A stretch of DNA of 43,249 nt. Source: an uncultured Eubacteriales bacterium (GTDB lineage Bacteria > Bacillota > Clostridia > Lachnospirales > Lachnospiraceae). The stretch's first letter is position 1, and every line of letters starts with the position of its first letter. Under the pieces are notes generated by a model, which made no database searches, was not told the origin of the DNA, and saw only the letters and a program-made list of their open reading frames with translations. The stretch is from NCBI GenBank assembly GCA_900313775.1, contig OMSP01000137.1:1-43249 (forward strand). The letters run 5' to 3'. A program made the translations under genes and the position numbers. Shown in pieces: positions 1-10,000 of this stretch.

Positions 1-837
1 ATCGATGCGGTCACACACGCGCTGAGAGAGCAGGGAAAACTGGGAACGGAAGCCCATCCGATCGCGCACAGCCGCGGCATAGAATCAGAAGCTGTCAACC
101 GCTATCTGGTGATAGCGGAGGAGGCCGGAACGCCTGTCAATATCGTGCATCTGAGCACAAAAGAAGGACTGGAATTCGCAAGAAAGGCAAGAAAACGGGG
201 CCAGACAGTATGTATCGAGACCTGCCCGCAGTATTTCTTCCTGGACGATTCTCTCTACAGTCTCCCTGACTTCGAGGGAGCAAAATATGTCTTCTCACCG
301 CCGGCACGTAAAAAAGAGGATCAGGACGCTTTGTGGGAAGCCCTGGAAAACGGTGAGATCGATACCATCGGTACCGACCACTGCAGTTTCAACTTTGCTG
401 TAGAAAAAAGGATCGGTGAGCATGATTTTTCAGCGATCCCGAACGGTATCCCCGGAGTGGAACACCGACCGGCACTGATGTATACATACGCTGTCGATAC
501 AGGCCGTATATCCAAGGAGGCGTTCTGCAGGCTTCTGTCTGAAAATGTCGCCAGAGAATACGGCATGTATCCGAAAAAAGGTCTTATCGCACAGGGCTCT
601 GACGCTGATATAGTCGTATGGGACCCGAATGCCGAAGGGGTGATCACTGCTGCCGATCAGACACAGAATGTCGATTACACACCATATGAGGGGATGAAGA
701 CCAAAGGACGCGCTGAGAAAGTCTATCTGCACGGTGAGCTTGCAGCGCAGGACGGGAAGGTAGTAAAGACAGGTCTGGGCCGCTATGTCCACAGAGGTCC
801 TGCGGATCTGTCGTTCAGAGACAAAAGAGAGGAATGA
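1..837 (+). CDS. Hydantoinase/dihydropyrimidinase-family cyclic amidohydrolase, C-terminal part (5' end lies outside the window)
   Basis: Frame 1 is open from base 1 (IDAVTHALREQGKLGTEAHPIAHSRG...), so the ORF-track start at 109 is internal. Segments VNIVHLSTKEGLE, IDTIGTDHCSF, IPNGIPGVEHR and GSDADIVVWDP are typical of this amidohydrolase family. Stop TGA at 835-837. Confidence 0.8.
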   Translation: MDAVTHALREQGKLGTEAHPIAHSRGIESEAVNRYLVIAEEAGTPVNIVHLSTKEGLEFARKARKRGQTVCIETCPQYFFLDDSLYSLPDFEGAKYVFSPPARKKEDQDALWEALENGEIDTIGTDHCSFNFAVEKRIGEHDFSAIPNGIPGVEHRPALMYTYAVDTGRISKEAFCRLLSENVAREYGMYPKKGLIAQGSDADIVVWDPNAEGVITAADQTQNVDYTPYEGMKTKGRAEKVYLHGELAAQDGKVVKTGLGRYVHRGPADLSFRDKREE

Positions 838-838
838 G

Positions 839-1936
839 ATGTATACTGTCAGTCTGTTTGAGAGAATAAATGCCGAAATGGCCAATGGCCGCGTTTGGGT
901 GGCCACGGCGATCCGTAACCGTGAGATAGTCTGGAAGATCGTCTTTACGTCGTCAGAGGTATTATACAGTGAACCGGAGGATCTTGATTTGCGTCAAGTA
1001 TGCTCACTTGACACCGATGGATTCGACTCTTTGCTTGATCTGTGGAGGACGAAGCTTGCCGCTGAATCCATAAAAGACGGCGATCAGACGATAATGCTTG
1101 AGTCGTTCGGGCAGCGCAAGCAGTTAGTCGTTTGCGGTGCAGGGCATGTAGCACTGAACTTGATCAGAATTGCAAAGATCATCGGGTTTAATGTCATCTC
1201 GCTGGAAGATCGTCCGATGTTCGCCAATATGGCATCCGAAGCGGGAGCGGACCGTGTGATCTGTGAATCCTTTGAGGAGGGGTTGGCACAGGTCGATTCA
1301 ACAGGAGATACCTGCTTTATCGTCATGACCAGGGGGCACCGCTACGATGAGATATGCCTGCGGTCCATATTGAGGAAATCATATGCCTATGTAGGCATGA
1401 TGGGGAGCCGCGGCAGGACGGTAAATGTCAAACATGATCTGGAAAAAGAAGGGTTTACAACAGAAAAACTGGACGATCTGCACGCTCCGGTCGGTCTGGA
1501 CATAGGAGCGCAGACACCGGCTGAAATCGCCGTCAGTGTGGCTGCAGAGCTGATTGAATATCTGCGGTCACACAACCGCTCGATCGATGACGGCATTCAA
1601 AGTGTCGTGGAGAGCGCTGCAGATCAGCAGAATGCACAGATGCACAATGTGGTAGCCACCATCGTATCCAAGCGCGGAGAGACGCCGCGTACGGTCGGCA
1701 CGAAGATGCTTGTACTGGAGAACGGACAGATGGTCGGAACGATAGGAGGCGGCTGTGCGGAGGCTGAGGTCATCACACAGGCGCGTGCAATGATCCAGCA
1801 GGCTCGTACGTCGGGAGCGGAGGCTGTCGAGGCAAGGCTCTGCGACGTTGATCTGACGCCGGCACAGGGCAATGCAGAGGACTCGATGTTCTGCGGAGGA
1901 TTGCAGGAAGTTCTGCTGGAAATGGTCGCGGGTTAA
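839..1936 (+). CDS. XdhC/CoxI-family molybdenum-hydroxylase maturation factor (YqeB-like context)
   Basis: ATG 839 is preceded by GAGAGGAA; the 785 start in the track would overlap the upstream gene by 53 nt. A Rossmann-like XdhC_C segment is present (LVVCGAGHVALNLIRIAKIIGFNV ... MTRGHRYDE ... VGMMGSRGR ... APVGLDIGAQTPAEIAVSVAAELI). It is followed by an XdhC_CoxI-type segment (VVATIVSKRGETPRTVGTKMLV..GTIGGGCAEAEV ... MFCGG). Confidence 0.75.
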   Translation: MYTVSLFERINAEMANGRVWVATAIRNREIVWKIVFTSSEVLYSEPEDLDLRQVCSLDTDGFDSLLDLWRTKLAAESIKDGDQTIMLESFGQRKQLVVCGAGHVALNLIRIAKIIGFNVISLEDRPMFANMASEAGADRVICESFEEGLAQVDSTGDTCFIVMTRGHRYDEICLRSILRKSYAYVGMMGSRGRTVNVKHDLEKEGFTTEKLDDLHAPVGLDIGAQTPAEIAVSVAAELIEYLRSHNRSIDDGIQSVVESAADQQNAQMHNVVATIVSKRGETPRTVGTKMLVLENGQMVGTIGGGCAEAEVITQARAMIQQARTSGAEAVEARLCDVDLTPAQGNAEDSMFCGGLQEVLLEMVAG

Positions 1937-1938
1937 AA

Positions 1939-1967
1939 TTGCAAATCCGTGCTTGACATGGTATCAT
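1939..1967 (+). promoter_or_regulatory. Candidate sigma-A type promoter for pyrH and downstream genes
   Basis: TTGCAA (1939-1944), 17-nt spacer, TATCAT (1962-1967), with a TG at 1959-1960 (extended -10). Sits in the 87-nt gap upstream of pyrH. Confidence 0.45.
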
Positions 1968-1969
1968 AT

Positions 1970-2000
1970 TGCCGATAGGCCTAGTGCCTGTCGGCATTTT
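1970..2000 (+). terminator. Hairpin plus short T-tract between the XdhC-like gene and pyrH (terminator or attenuator)
   Basis: tgccgataggc (1970-1980) pairs with gcctgtcggca (1986-1996): 11 bp with one G-U pair and a 5-nt loop, followed by TTTT (1997-2000). The T-tract is short, so strength is uncertain. Confidence 0.4.
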
Positions 2001-2023
2001 CAAATCATGCGAGGAGGTCGCCT

Positions 2024-2719
2024 ATGAAGCGGATTTTACTCAAGCTGAGCGGTGAGGCGCTCGCCGGAGAGAAGGGTACCGGTTTCGACGAGTCGGTATG
2101 CTTTGAAGTGGCCGCTCAGGTCAAAAAAGTGATCGATGCCGGAACTCAGACTGCTATCGTGATCGGGGGCGGTAATTTCTGGCGCGGCCGTTCGAGTCAG
2201 GACATGGATAGAAGCAGTGCCGATTCGATCGGTATGCTTGCAACGGTAATGAACGCAATCTATGTCTCTGACGTATTCCGCAGAGCCGGAATGAAGACAA
2301 GTGTCATGACTCCGTTTGCCTGCGGCAGTTTCACGGAGCTGTACGATAAAGATGCGGCGGTCTATGCCCTTGACGAAGGTAAAGTCGTTTTCTTTGCAGG
2401 CGGTACGGGCCATCCGTATTTCTCCACGGACACAGGTGCTGTATTGCGGGCGTTGGAAATAGGAGCGGACGCGATGCTGTTAGCCAAGAATATCGATGGC
2501 GTTTACGACGCGGATCCGGAGAAAGATCAGGATGCAAAGAAGTATGACAGTGTGACGATCGATGAGGTGATCGACAAGAATCTTCAGGTCATTGATATGA
2601 CTGCGTCGATCATGTGCCGCGATAACGGTCTTCCGATGAAGATATTTGCACTGCGCGAGGAAGATTCCATCTTACGCACGGTGCAGGGTGAGAACACGGG
2701 TACGACTGTCACAGTGTGA
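2024..2719 (+). CDS. pyrH: UMP kinase
   Basis: MKRILLKLSGEALAGEKGTGFD N-terminus, IVIGGGNFWRG and FFAGGTGHPYFSTDT motifs. GAGGAGG SD 6 nt upstream. Confidence 0.95.
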   Translation: MKRILLKLSGEALAGEKGTGFDESVCFEVAAQVKKVIDAGTQTAIVIGGGNFWRGRSSQDMDRSSADSIGMLATVMNAIYVSDVFRRAGMKTSVMTPFACGSFTELYDKDAAVYALDEGKVVFFAGGTGHPYFSTDTGAVLRALEIGADAMLLAKNIDGVYDADPEKDQDAKKYDSVTIDEVIDKNLQVIDMTASIMCRDNGLPMKIFALREEDSILRTVQGENTGTTVTV

Positions 2720-2743
2720 CCAGCATATAAGGAGGCTTAAGTT

Positions 2744-3295
2744 ATGCATGAATCCCTTGAGAGATGTGAATCGAAGATGACGAAGACACTGGCCAATCTT
2801 GACCAGGAGCTCGGTGCTATTCGTGCCGGACGCGCTAATCCGCATGTTCTGGATCATATTCTTGTCGATTACTACGGCGCACCTACGCCGATCCAGCAGA
2901 CAGCCAATGTCTCTGTACCGGAGCCGCGCGTGATCCAGATCGCTCCGTGGGACAAGAGCATGGTCTCCGAGATCAACAGGGCGCTTCAGACTTCCGATCT
3001 GGGCATCAATCCGACCGTGGACGGCAACAATATCCGCCTAATCTTTCCGGAACTGACAGAGGAACGCCGTAAAGAGCTGGCCAAGGATGTCAAGAAAAAA
3101 GGAGAAGCAGCCAAGGTCGCTCTTCGCAACATCCGGCGCGACGGCAATGATATTATCAAGAAACTGAAAGGAACTGACTTTTCCGAGGATACGATCAGCG
3201 ACATGCTGGATGATCTGCAGAAAATGACCGACGATTTTTCAAAGAAGGTCGACGAGGCGGTCGATGTAAAATCCAAGGAAGTCATGACTGTGTAA
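2744..3295 (+). CDS. frr: Ribosome recycling factor
   Basis: 183 aa with LGAIRAGRANPHVLDHILVDYYG, LGINPTVDGNNIRLIFPELTEERRKEL and ALRNIRRDGND, classic Frr segments. AAGGAGG SD. Conserved position after pyrH. Confidence 0.95.
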   Translation: MHESLERCESKMTKTLANLDQELGAIRAGRANPHVLDHILVDYYGAPTPIQQTANVSVPEPRVIQIAPWDKSMVSEINRALQTSDLGINPTVDGNNIRLIFPELTEERRKELAKDVKKKGEAAKVALRNIRRDGNDIIKKLKGTDFSEDTISDMLDDLQKMTDDFSKKVDEAVDVKSKEVMTV

Positions 3296-3301
3296 GGACA
3301 T

Positions 3302-4006
3302 ATGCAGATTCCGCAGCATGTGGCAATCATACTGGACGGGAACGGACGCTGGGCAAAGTCCAAGGGAATGCCCCGGGCGTACGGACATGTCCAGGGCGCT
3401 AAAAATGTCGAAGCTGTTTGTGACGCGGCCGATGAGTTGGGTATACGCTATCTGACCTTATATGCCTTCTCCACGGAGAACTGGAACCGTCCGAGCGCAG
3501 AGGTGGCTGCTTTGATGAAACTGTTCCGTGAGTATCTGAAGACCAGTGTGACGCGGGCCCGTAAGAAGAATATGAGGGCGCGTGTTATCGGAGATGTGAG
3601 AGGACTGGATAAGGATATTCAGGAGAGCATCCGGGAGGTTGAGGAGAGCAGCAAGGACAATACGGGTCTGAATTTCACGCTGGCCATTAACTACGGAAGC
3701 CGGGATGAGATCCGCCGTGCGGTGACGGACATAGCAGGGCGTGTCAGAGCCGGTGAGCTTGAGCCGGAGTCTATCGATGAGGATGTGATCTCAGGAGCAC
3801 TTGACACGGCTGATATGCCGGATCCGGATCTGCTCATACGTACGAGCGGAGAGCAGCGTCTCTCGAATTATCTTCTGTGGCAGCTGGCGTACTCGGAACT
3901 GTATTTTACTGAAGTTGCATGGCCCGCCTTTACCAAGAAGGATCTGGAGGAGGCTATCGAAGCATATAACCGCAGGGAGCGGCGGTTTGGAAAAATTTCA
4001 ACATAG
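3302..4006 (+). CDS. uppS: Undecaprenyl-diphosphate synthase (cis-prenyltransferase)
   Basis: HVAIILDGNGRWAK, LTLYAFSTENWNRP and DLLIRTSGEQRLSNYLLWQLAYSELYF motifs. Confidence 0.95.
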   Translation: MQIPQHVAIILDGNGRWAKSKGMPRAYGHVQGAKNVEAVCDAADELGIRYLTLYAFSTENWNRPSAEVAALMKLFREYLKTSVTRARKKNMRARVIGDVRGLDKDIQESIREVEESSKDNTGLNFTLAINYGSRDEIRRAVTDIAGRVRAGELEPESIDEDVISGALDTADMPDPDLLIRTSGEQRLSNYLLWQLAYSELYFTEVAWPAFTKKDLEEAIEAYNRRERRFGKIST

Positions 4007-4020
4007 AGAGGGGAGCAGCT

Positions 4021-4824
4021 ATGTTTAAAACAAGATTAATCAGCGGGATCATTCTGGTGTTGGTGATAATCGTTCTCTTTGTCATCGGCGGACCGTTATT
4101 ATGGGCCGGCATGGCAGCTATCAGCACGATCGGACTGATCGAGTTTTATAAGGCGGTGAGAGTGGACAGTATCATACCCATGATCATGGGGTATGTCGCA
4201 CTTGCCTGCCTTTATCTGTTGTTGCTTCTCAAATGGGAGGACCGCGCTGTCACTGCATCGACGGCCATTATGATCATCCTTCTTATGGGGACGATGGTCT
4301 TTACTTATCCGCGCTATCAGCTCACTCAGATGGCGGTGGTGGCCTTCGGCTTTTTCTACGTGCCGGTCATGCTCTCCTTTATCTATCTGACACGTTCACT
4401 TCCCCACGGTAAATCGCTGGTATGGCTGATCATATTGTCTGCCTGGGGCTGTGACACGCTTGCTTACTGTACAGGGATGCTTGTCGGCAAGCACAAAATG
4501 ACGCCTCTGCTGTCTCCGAAGAAGACGATTGAGGGCGCCATAGGCGGTGTGCTCGGAGCTGCGCTTCTTGGATTTCTGTACGGTATCATTCTGCATGCGG
4601 CGGCGCCGGCGAGTGCAGCCCACGGAGGGTGGTTTGCCTTGATATGCGCTCTGGGAGGGATCATCTCCCAGATCGGAGATCTTGCTGCGTCAGCCATCAA
4701 GCGCAATTATGAGATCAAGGATTACGGACATCTGATCCCCGGTCACGGCGGTATTCTGGATCGTTTTGATTCTGTCATCATTACTGCGCCTATCATCTAT
4801 TTCCTGTCACTGGTCTTGCTGTAG
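4021..4824 (+). CDS. cdsA: Phosphatidate cytidylyltransferase (CDP-diglyceride synthase)
   Basis: Polytopic membrane protein. C-terminal signature SAIKRNYEIKDYGHLIPGHGGILDRFDS. Conserved position after uppS. Confidence 0.9.
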   Translation: MFKTRLISGIILVLVIIVLFVIGGPLLWAGMAAISTIGLIEFYKAVRVDSIIPMIMGYVALACLYLLLLLKWEDRAVTASTAIMIILLMGTMVFTYPRYQLTQMAVVAFGFFYVPVMLSFIYLTRSLPHGKSLVWLIILSAWGCDTLAYCTGMLVGKHKMTPLLSPKKTIEGAIGGVLGAALLGFLYGIILHAAAPASAAHGGWFALICALGGIISQIGDLAASAIKRNYEIKDYGHLIPGHGGILDRFDSVIITAPIIYFLSLVLL

Positions 4825-4848
4825 AGACTGATACTGCGGAGGAATGTC

Positions 4849-5997
4849 ATGAAAAGACTGGCCATATTCGGATCGACGGGTTCGATCGGGACACAGGCTC
4901 TTGATATCGTGCGTCGCGAAAAAGAGCGTTTCACCATAAGCGTTCTTGTCGCCGGGCAAAATGTCTCACTGATGGAGCATCAGATCCGTGAGTTTTCCCC
5001 TGAGACAGTCGTCATGGGAACAGAAGAGGCAGCTGCAGATCTGCGTGGGCGGGTCTCAGATCTGCCCGTGCGTGTAATAAGCGGTATGAGCGCGATGTGC
5101 GAAGCGGCAGCCGATGATACGGTCGATCTGGTCCTGATGGCTCTTGTCGGCATGATCGGGATAAGACCGACGATCGCTGCACTCAAATCCGGTAAGGAGC
5201 TTGCGCTCGCCAACAAAGAGACACTTGTCTGCGCAGGCCATATCATCATGCCTTTGGCAGCTGAGTCCGGTATAAGGATCATACCGGTCGATTCGGAGCA
5301 CAGCGCTATTTTTCAGTGTATCGCTGAAAATGACACTCGGCAGATCGAAAAGATCCTGCTCACAGCTTCCGGCGGTGCTTTTTTCGGTATGACCGAGAAG
5401 AAACTTAGAGATGTGTCGCTGGAGGAAGCACTGAGCAATCCCAACTGGTCGATGGGAAAGAAAGTGACGATCGATTCCGCGAGTCTGGTCAACAAGGGGC
5501 TGGAGGTCATCGAAGCGAGGTGGCTGTTCGATGTACCGGTAGATAAGATAGAAGTACTCGTTCAGAGGGAAAGCCTGGTGCACTCGATGGTGCAGTTTGT
5601 CGATGGGTCAGTTATGGCTCAGATCGCTGCGCCCGATATGCATGTGCCTATCGGCTATGCGCTGGATTTTCCCTGGCATACTGAACTTGGGACGAAGAGA
5701 CTGGATTTTACGGTGCTGGAAGGAATACGTTTCTTTCAGCCGGATGTTAAGACTTTCCGCGGTCTGACGTACGGATTTGAAGCCGGCCGTGTCGGCGGTT
5801 CGCTTCCGGTCGTCTTTAACGCCGCGAATGAGCAGGCTGTGAGGCTCCTGTTGGACGGCAGGATCAGCTTTTTGGATATCTACGATATCATCGAGGCTGC
5901 TATGGATCATCACCATGTGATCCGCGATCCTTCGGTGGAGGACATATTAAACTGCGAGAGAGAAGTGACTGAGTGGATCAAGAGTAAGTGGGAGTAA
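4849..5997 (+). CDS. dxr: 1-deoxy-D-xylulose-5-phosphate reductoisomerase
   Basis: MKRLAIFGSTGSIGTQALDIV, LANKETLV, PVDSEHSAIFQC, NPNWSMGKKVTIDSASLVNKGLEVIEA. Confidence 0.95.
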   Translation: MKRLAIFGSTGSIGTQALDIVRREKERFTISVLVAGQNVSLMEHQIREFSPETVVMGTEEAAADLRGRVSDLPVRVISGMSAMCEAAADDTVDLVLMALVGMIGIRPTIAALKSGKELALANKETLVCAGHIIMPLAAESGIRIIPVDSEHSAIFQCIAENDTRQIEKILLTASGGAFFGMTEKKLRDVSLEEALSNPNWSMGKKVTIDSASLVNKGLEVIEARWLFDVPVDKIEVLVQRESLVHSMVQFVDGSVMAQIAAPDMHVPIGYALDFPWHTELGTKRLDFTVLEGIRFFQPDVKTFRGLTYGFEAGRVGGSLPVVFNAANEQAVRLLLDGRISFLDIYDIIEAAMDHHHVIRDPSVEDILNCEREVTEWIKSKWE

Positions 5998-6000
5998 CTG

Positions 6001-7038
6001 ATGGGTATTATCCTGGCTATTCTTATATTCGGCTTTATCGTGATGTTTCACGAATTCGGCCATTTTATCGTAGCCAAGAAGAGCGGCATACAGGTGTTCG
6101 ACTTTTCGATCGGCTTCGGACCTTCTGTACTACATTGGCAGCGGGGAGAGACGACCTATAATATCAGACCGATCCCCCTGGGCGGTTTTTGCGCGATGGG
6201 AGAGGACAGCGCAGAGGGCGAGAAAGGTAATTTCAATGAAAAGCCAGTCTGGGTGCGGATGCTTGTCATACTGGCCGGTCCGTTTTTTAATTTTATTTTG
6301 GCGTTTCTCATCGGAATCATACTTGTGGGGGCGACGGGTTATGACGAACCCGTTATCGGAGATGTAATGGACAATTATCCGGCGGCCGAGGCCGGCATAC
6401 GACCCGGAGACGAGATCGTCTCCATTAACGGCAAACGGATTCATCTCTGGAGAGAGATAACACTGAATAACGCCATGTATCCGGGGGAGAAAGATGATAT
6501 AGTCTACGAGAGAGACGGCAAGAGACATGAAGTTACGATCACTCCGGTCAAGGGCGAGGACGGTCGTTATATGATGGGCATACAGGCCCGCAAAGAATAT
6601 TATACCAAGGCCAATGTGCTGACTGCGATCCAATACGGATATTATGAGGTCAAATACAGTGTCCGCTCAACAATCGACGGTCTGAAAATGCTTCTCTACC
6701 GCAAAATTGGTATCAAAGAGCTGTCCGGTCCGGTCGGAATAGGAAATCTTGTCAATGATTCTTACCAGGAGAGCCGCAGCTATGGAGTCAAAGCTGTCCT
6801 CATGACGATGCTGTCCATTGCCCTGCTGATTTCGGCCAACCTGGGCGTAATGAACCTTTTGCCTATTCCGGCACTGGACGGAGGACGCCTGCTGTTTCTG
6901 ATCATCGAAGCGGTCAGAAGAAAACGCATACCGCCCGAAAAAGAAGGGATCGTCCATCTGGTCGGCATGGCGTTGCTGTTGATACTCATGGCGATAGTGA
7001 TGTATAATGATATAACGAAAATTATTGCCGGAAGATAA
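6001..7038 (+). CDS. rseP: RIP (site-2) zinc metalloprotease, M50 family
   Basis: HEFGHFIVAKK (HExxH) near the N-terminus. Internal PDZ-like segment (AAEAGIRPGDEIVSINGKRI). C-terminal NLLPIPALDGGRL motif. Multiple TM segments. Confidence 0.9.
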   Translation: MGIILAILIFGFIVMFHEFGHFIVAKKSGIQVFDFSIGFGPSVLHWQRGETTYNIRPIPLGGFCAMGEDSAEGEKGNFNEKPVWVRMLVILAGPFFNFILAFLIGIILVGATGYDEPVIGDVMDNYPAAEAGIRPGDEIVSINGKRIHLWREITLNNAMYPGEKDDIVYERDGKRHEVTITPVKGEDGRYMMGIQARKEYYTKANVLTAIQYGYYEVKYSVRSTIDGLKMLLYRKIGIKELSGPVGIGNLVNDSYQESRSYGVKAVLMTMLSIALLISANLGVMNLLPIPALDGGRLLFLIIEAVRRKRIPPEKEGIVHLVGMALLLILMAIVMYNDITKIIAGR

Positions 7039-7049
7039 AGGTAATTTGA

Positions 7050-10000
7050 TTGAAGAATAAGATCAGAAAAAGTTCAAAAGGCGATTTTTCAGCTGTAAAA
7101 CCGCAGGTAGTCTTTTCTCAGACCAATATCGGTATGACACTTGGAGAGGGAGAGATCTACCGCGGGTCTTTTACTATCAAGAGCACAAACCGTATCAGTG
7201 TGCGTGGGCTGGTCTATGTCTCTTCTAGGCGTGTGACGATAGATGAGACCGGTTTTGACGGGACGGAAAATACGATCCATTACACTTATGATGGGACCGG
7301 TCTGTATCCCGGCGATATCGAGACGGGCACTTTTGATATCGTGTGCAACGCCGGAGAGTATTCGCTTCATTTTGCTGCTTTTGTCGAAAAACCTTTCGTC
7401 ATGACTTCCTACGGCAAGGTGCAGAGCCTGAAGAATTTCGCTCATCTGGCGATGAACGATTATATGGAGGCACACCGGCTTTTTAAGTCCCGCGACTTTT
7501 TTGAGATCCTCAAGTACGAGGATGAACGTGTTTCAGCTCTTTATAAGAATCTGCGCACCTGGTCGCTCGATGAGGAAGCACTCGAGGAATTTCTGGTGGG
7601 AACTAAACAGAAAGAGCGTGTGATGCTCAGTCTGCCAAAGACCCGCAAATCGATCGACTTTTTGAGCGAGACCCGCAAGACGGTCATGGTCGCACAGAAG
7701 AATACATGGGGTTATATTCCTATCGAGATCTCAGTCGACGGAGAGTTTATCCATGTCGATAAGACCCATTTTTCGACTGATGATTTCGTGGGCAATACCT
7801 TTACGCTTGAGTTTGTGATCGACAGAGAAAAGCTCCACGGCGGCCGTAATTTTGCCCGCATAACTCTGCAGACACCTTATCAGGTGCTTCACTATGATGT
7901 GGACGTGCTCGAAGGGCATCATTATTCGGGGCAGCTCATGCAGGCAAAGAGGCTTTACGGCGATATAATCCAAAGCTATCTCCCCTGTGTCTGCGGAAAG
8001 ACGACAGTCGCGGAGTGGATGCCGCAGGCTCTGCAGATGGTTGAGGAGCTTCACGCCCGATATGACGAAGACCCCTTTGTGGATCTGGTACAGGCTCATA
8101 TCTACCTGCGCGGCAACAAGAAAGAGGAGGCGAAATGGATCCTTGACAAGTTCGAATACAACCGGATGATGCCGATCTCACAACCCGAGCTGGCAGCATA
8201 TTATCTGTTTCTTTCGGCTGTTCTTTCCGGGGACAGCAGGCAGATGCGTCATATAGCGGAAGAGCTCGAGAGACTGGAGCTGCGCAATGACGATTCGTGG
8301 ATGATCGTCTGCATGCTGGCTCAGCTATCACCCGCTTACAGAGACTACAGAAACCGGCTGGAGTATCTCAAACACAAATTTGCAAAGCACCGTTTCAATT
8401 CTCTGCTTTTCTTCAAGGAATGCTATATCTGTTATCAGGAGAGCAACGGACTGCTCAGTTCGGTCGGTCCTTTCGAACTGCATGTACTGGAATTTGCCTG
8501 TAAGCGAGGTATCTTTACCGCAGAGCTGGCGGCTCAGCTTGCCTCGCTTATCCCGCAGGTGAGAGAGTACGACGAGCGTCTTTACCGGGTGCTGTGCCGG
8601 GTATACGATATGTATCCCTCTGTGCAGATGCTGTCTGCGATCTGTTCGCTCCTGATCAAACGCCAGACAGCGCGCAGTGAGGATTTTAAATGGTATCAGC
8701 TGGCGGTAGAGGAGAACCTCAGCATTCCGAAACTCTATGAATACTATATGATGACGATCTCTGAGGAGAAAGTAAAGGAGGCGCTGCCGAGATCGATCTA
8801 TCTGTATTTCCTTCACGATGATCTTCCTGATTATCGCAAGAAAGCGCTGCTCTATGCCAATATACTGACATACGAAGAGGAGAGCTCGCCTCTGTTCGCC
8901 GATTATCTGAACCAGATGGAGAGCTTTGCGATGGAACAGCTTCTCAAGCGCCGTATCAACGACAGGCTGCGGATCATTTACAAGCGGTTCTGCAACGAGG
9001 AACTGCTGACGATCGAGCAGATCAACGCGCTCAACGATATCTGTCACGCCTACTCGATCAGCACATCGGCAGGAAACATCCGCCACGTGATGATCCTGGA
9101 CGGAAAAGGCAATCAGGTAGATAAGGTCCCTTATACGGGACCCGGTACTGTCGTGTTCGTGCACGATACGACCTCCAGGATCATATGGGAGTCAAACGAG
9201 GGACGGATGTATTCGGATTCCATACCCTATGAGACAAAGAGACTGTTCTACGAACCGCATTTTATCGAGTTCTGCAAGCATTATCTGGATACCACTCACC
9301 AGGGAGCGGAGGAGCACGCCAACGAGGAAGCGGTCATGCAGACAGTCAGAGATCAGGGATTGGCATCTGCGGATATGGAGACAGCCTTTCAGGCCTGCAC
9401 CAGACGGATCGCGGACGGCGACGGCAGCAAAGACGCTTTTCTCCTGGATCTGGCATATCACCTCTTTGAGAAAGGCATGTATAACAAGACGACGATGTCC
9501 TATCTCAACGCTTATTTCTACGGCGGTTCTCATACAATGAAAAAGATATGGCGTCAGGCGAGAAAATTTGATCTTGCAACTGAAAGTCTGGCGGAGCGCA
9601 TCATCACACAGATGCTCTTTGCGGAGCAGATGGTGACAGAAGAAGATATCTTCTGCAATTACGAGAGAAAGGGAGCTTATTTCAGGTTAAAGCAGGCATA
9701 TTTTGCATACATCTCTCACCAGTATTTTGTGTACGACCGGATCGTTGAACCGAAGATATTTTCCATGATCGCCCAGGAGTTTATTCGCGAAGAAATCCTG
9801 CCGGACATCTGCCGTCTTGCGCTTCTGCGCTATTACAGTGATCATCCGCGTGAGCCTGGTATCAGGGATATTCTGCAGACTTTTATGCAGGATTTTTGCG
9901 AAAAACGCAGCATCTATCCCTGCTTTCTCAAGTATCCGGACAGCTGGAAGAATGCTGTATGTCTGGACGACAAGACCGTCGTATCCTATCAGAGCCGTTT

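Noticed and set aside
785-838. Upstream-extended start codons given by the ORF track (785, 13867, 14813, 21877, 23106, 25203, 32066, 36663)
   Set aside because: Each extension runs through the 3' end of the preceding gene; 13867 instead runs through the terminator/promoter. Each lacks an SD, while an internal ATG with a good SD reproduces the canonical family N-terminus.
7039-7049. Expectation of ispG or proS-polC directly after rseP
   Set aside because: No such gene is present anywhere in the window. The position is taken by the unknown cassette (reported as a finding), not by a degraded ispG; the ORFs show no remnant GcpE motifs.
8000-8020. CGKTT in the giant protein as a possible P-loop
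   Set aside because: The context LPCVCGKTT lacks the GxxxxGK[ST] glycine spacing, and no Walker B follows. It is not an NTPase motif.
8328-9164. 278-aa minus-strand ORF inside the 1101-aa hypothetical gene (also 7731-8099, 7936-8331 and 9192-9533 on the minus strand)
   Set aside because: I checked these carefully because the sense gene is itself uncharacterised. The sense frame is open for 3.3 kb with a domain-like sequence, whereas these are fragmented, R/L/Q/H-rich and lack SD sequences. They are shadow ORFs.
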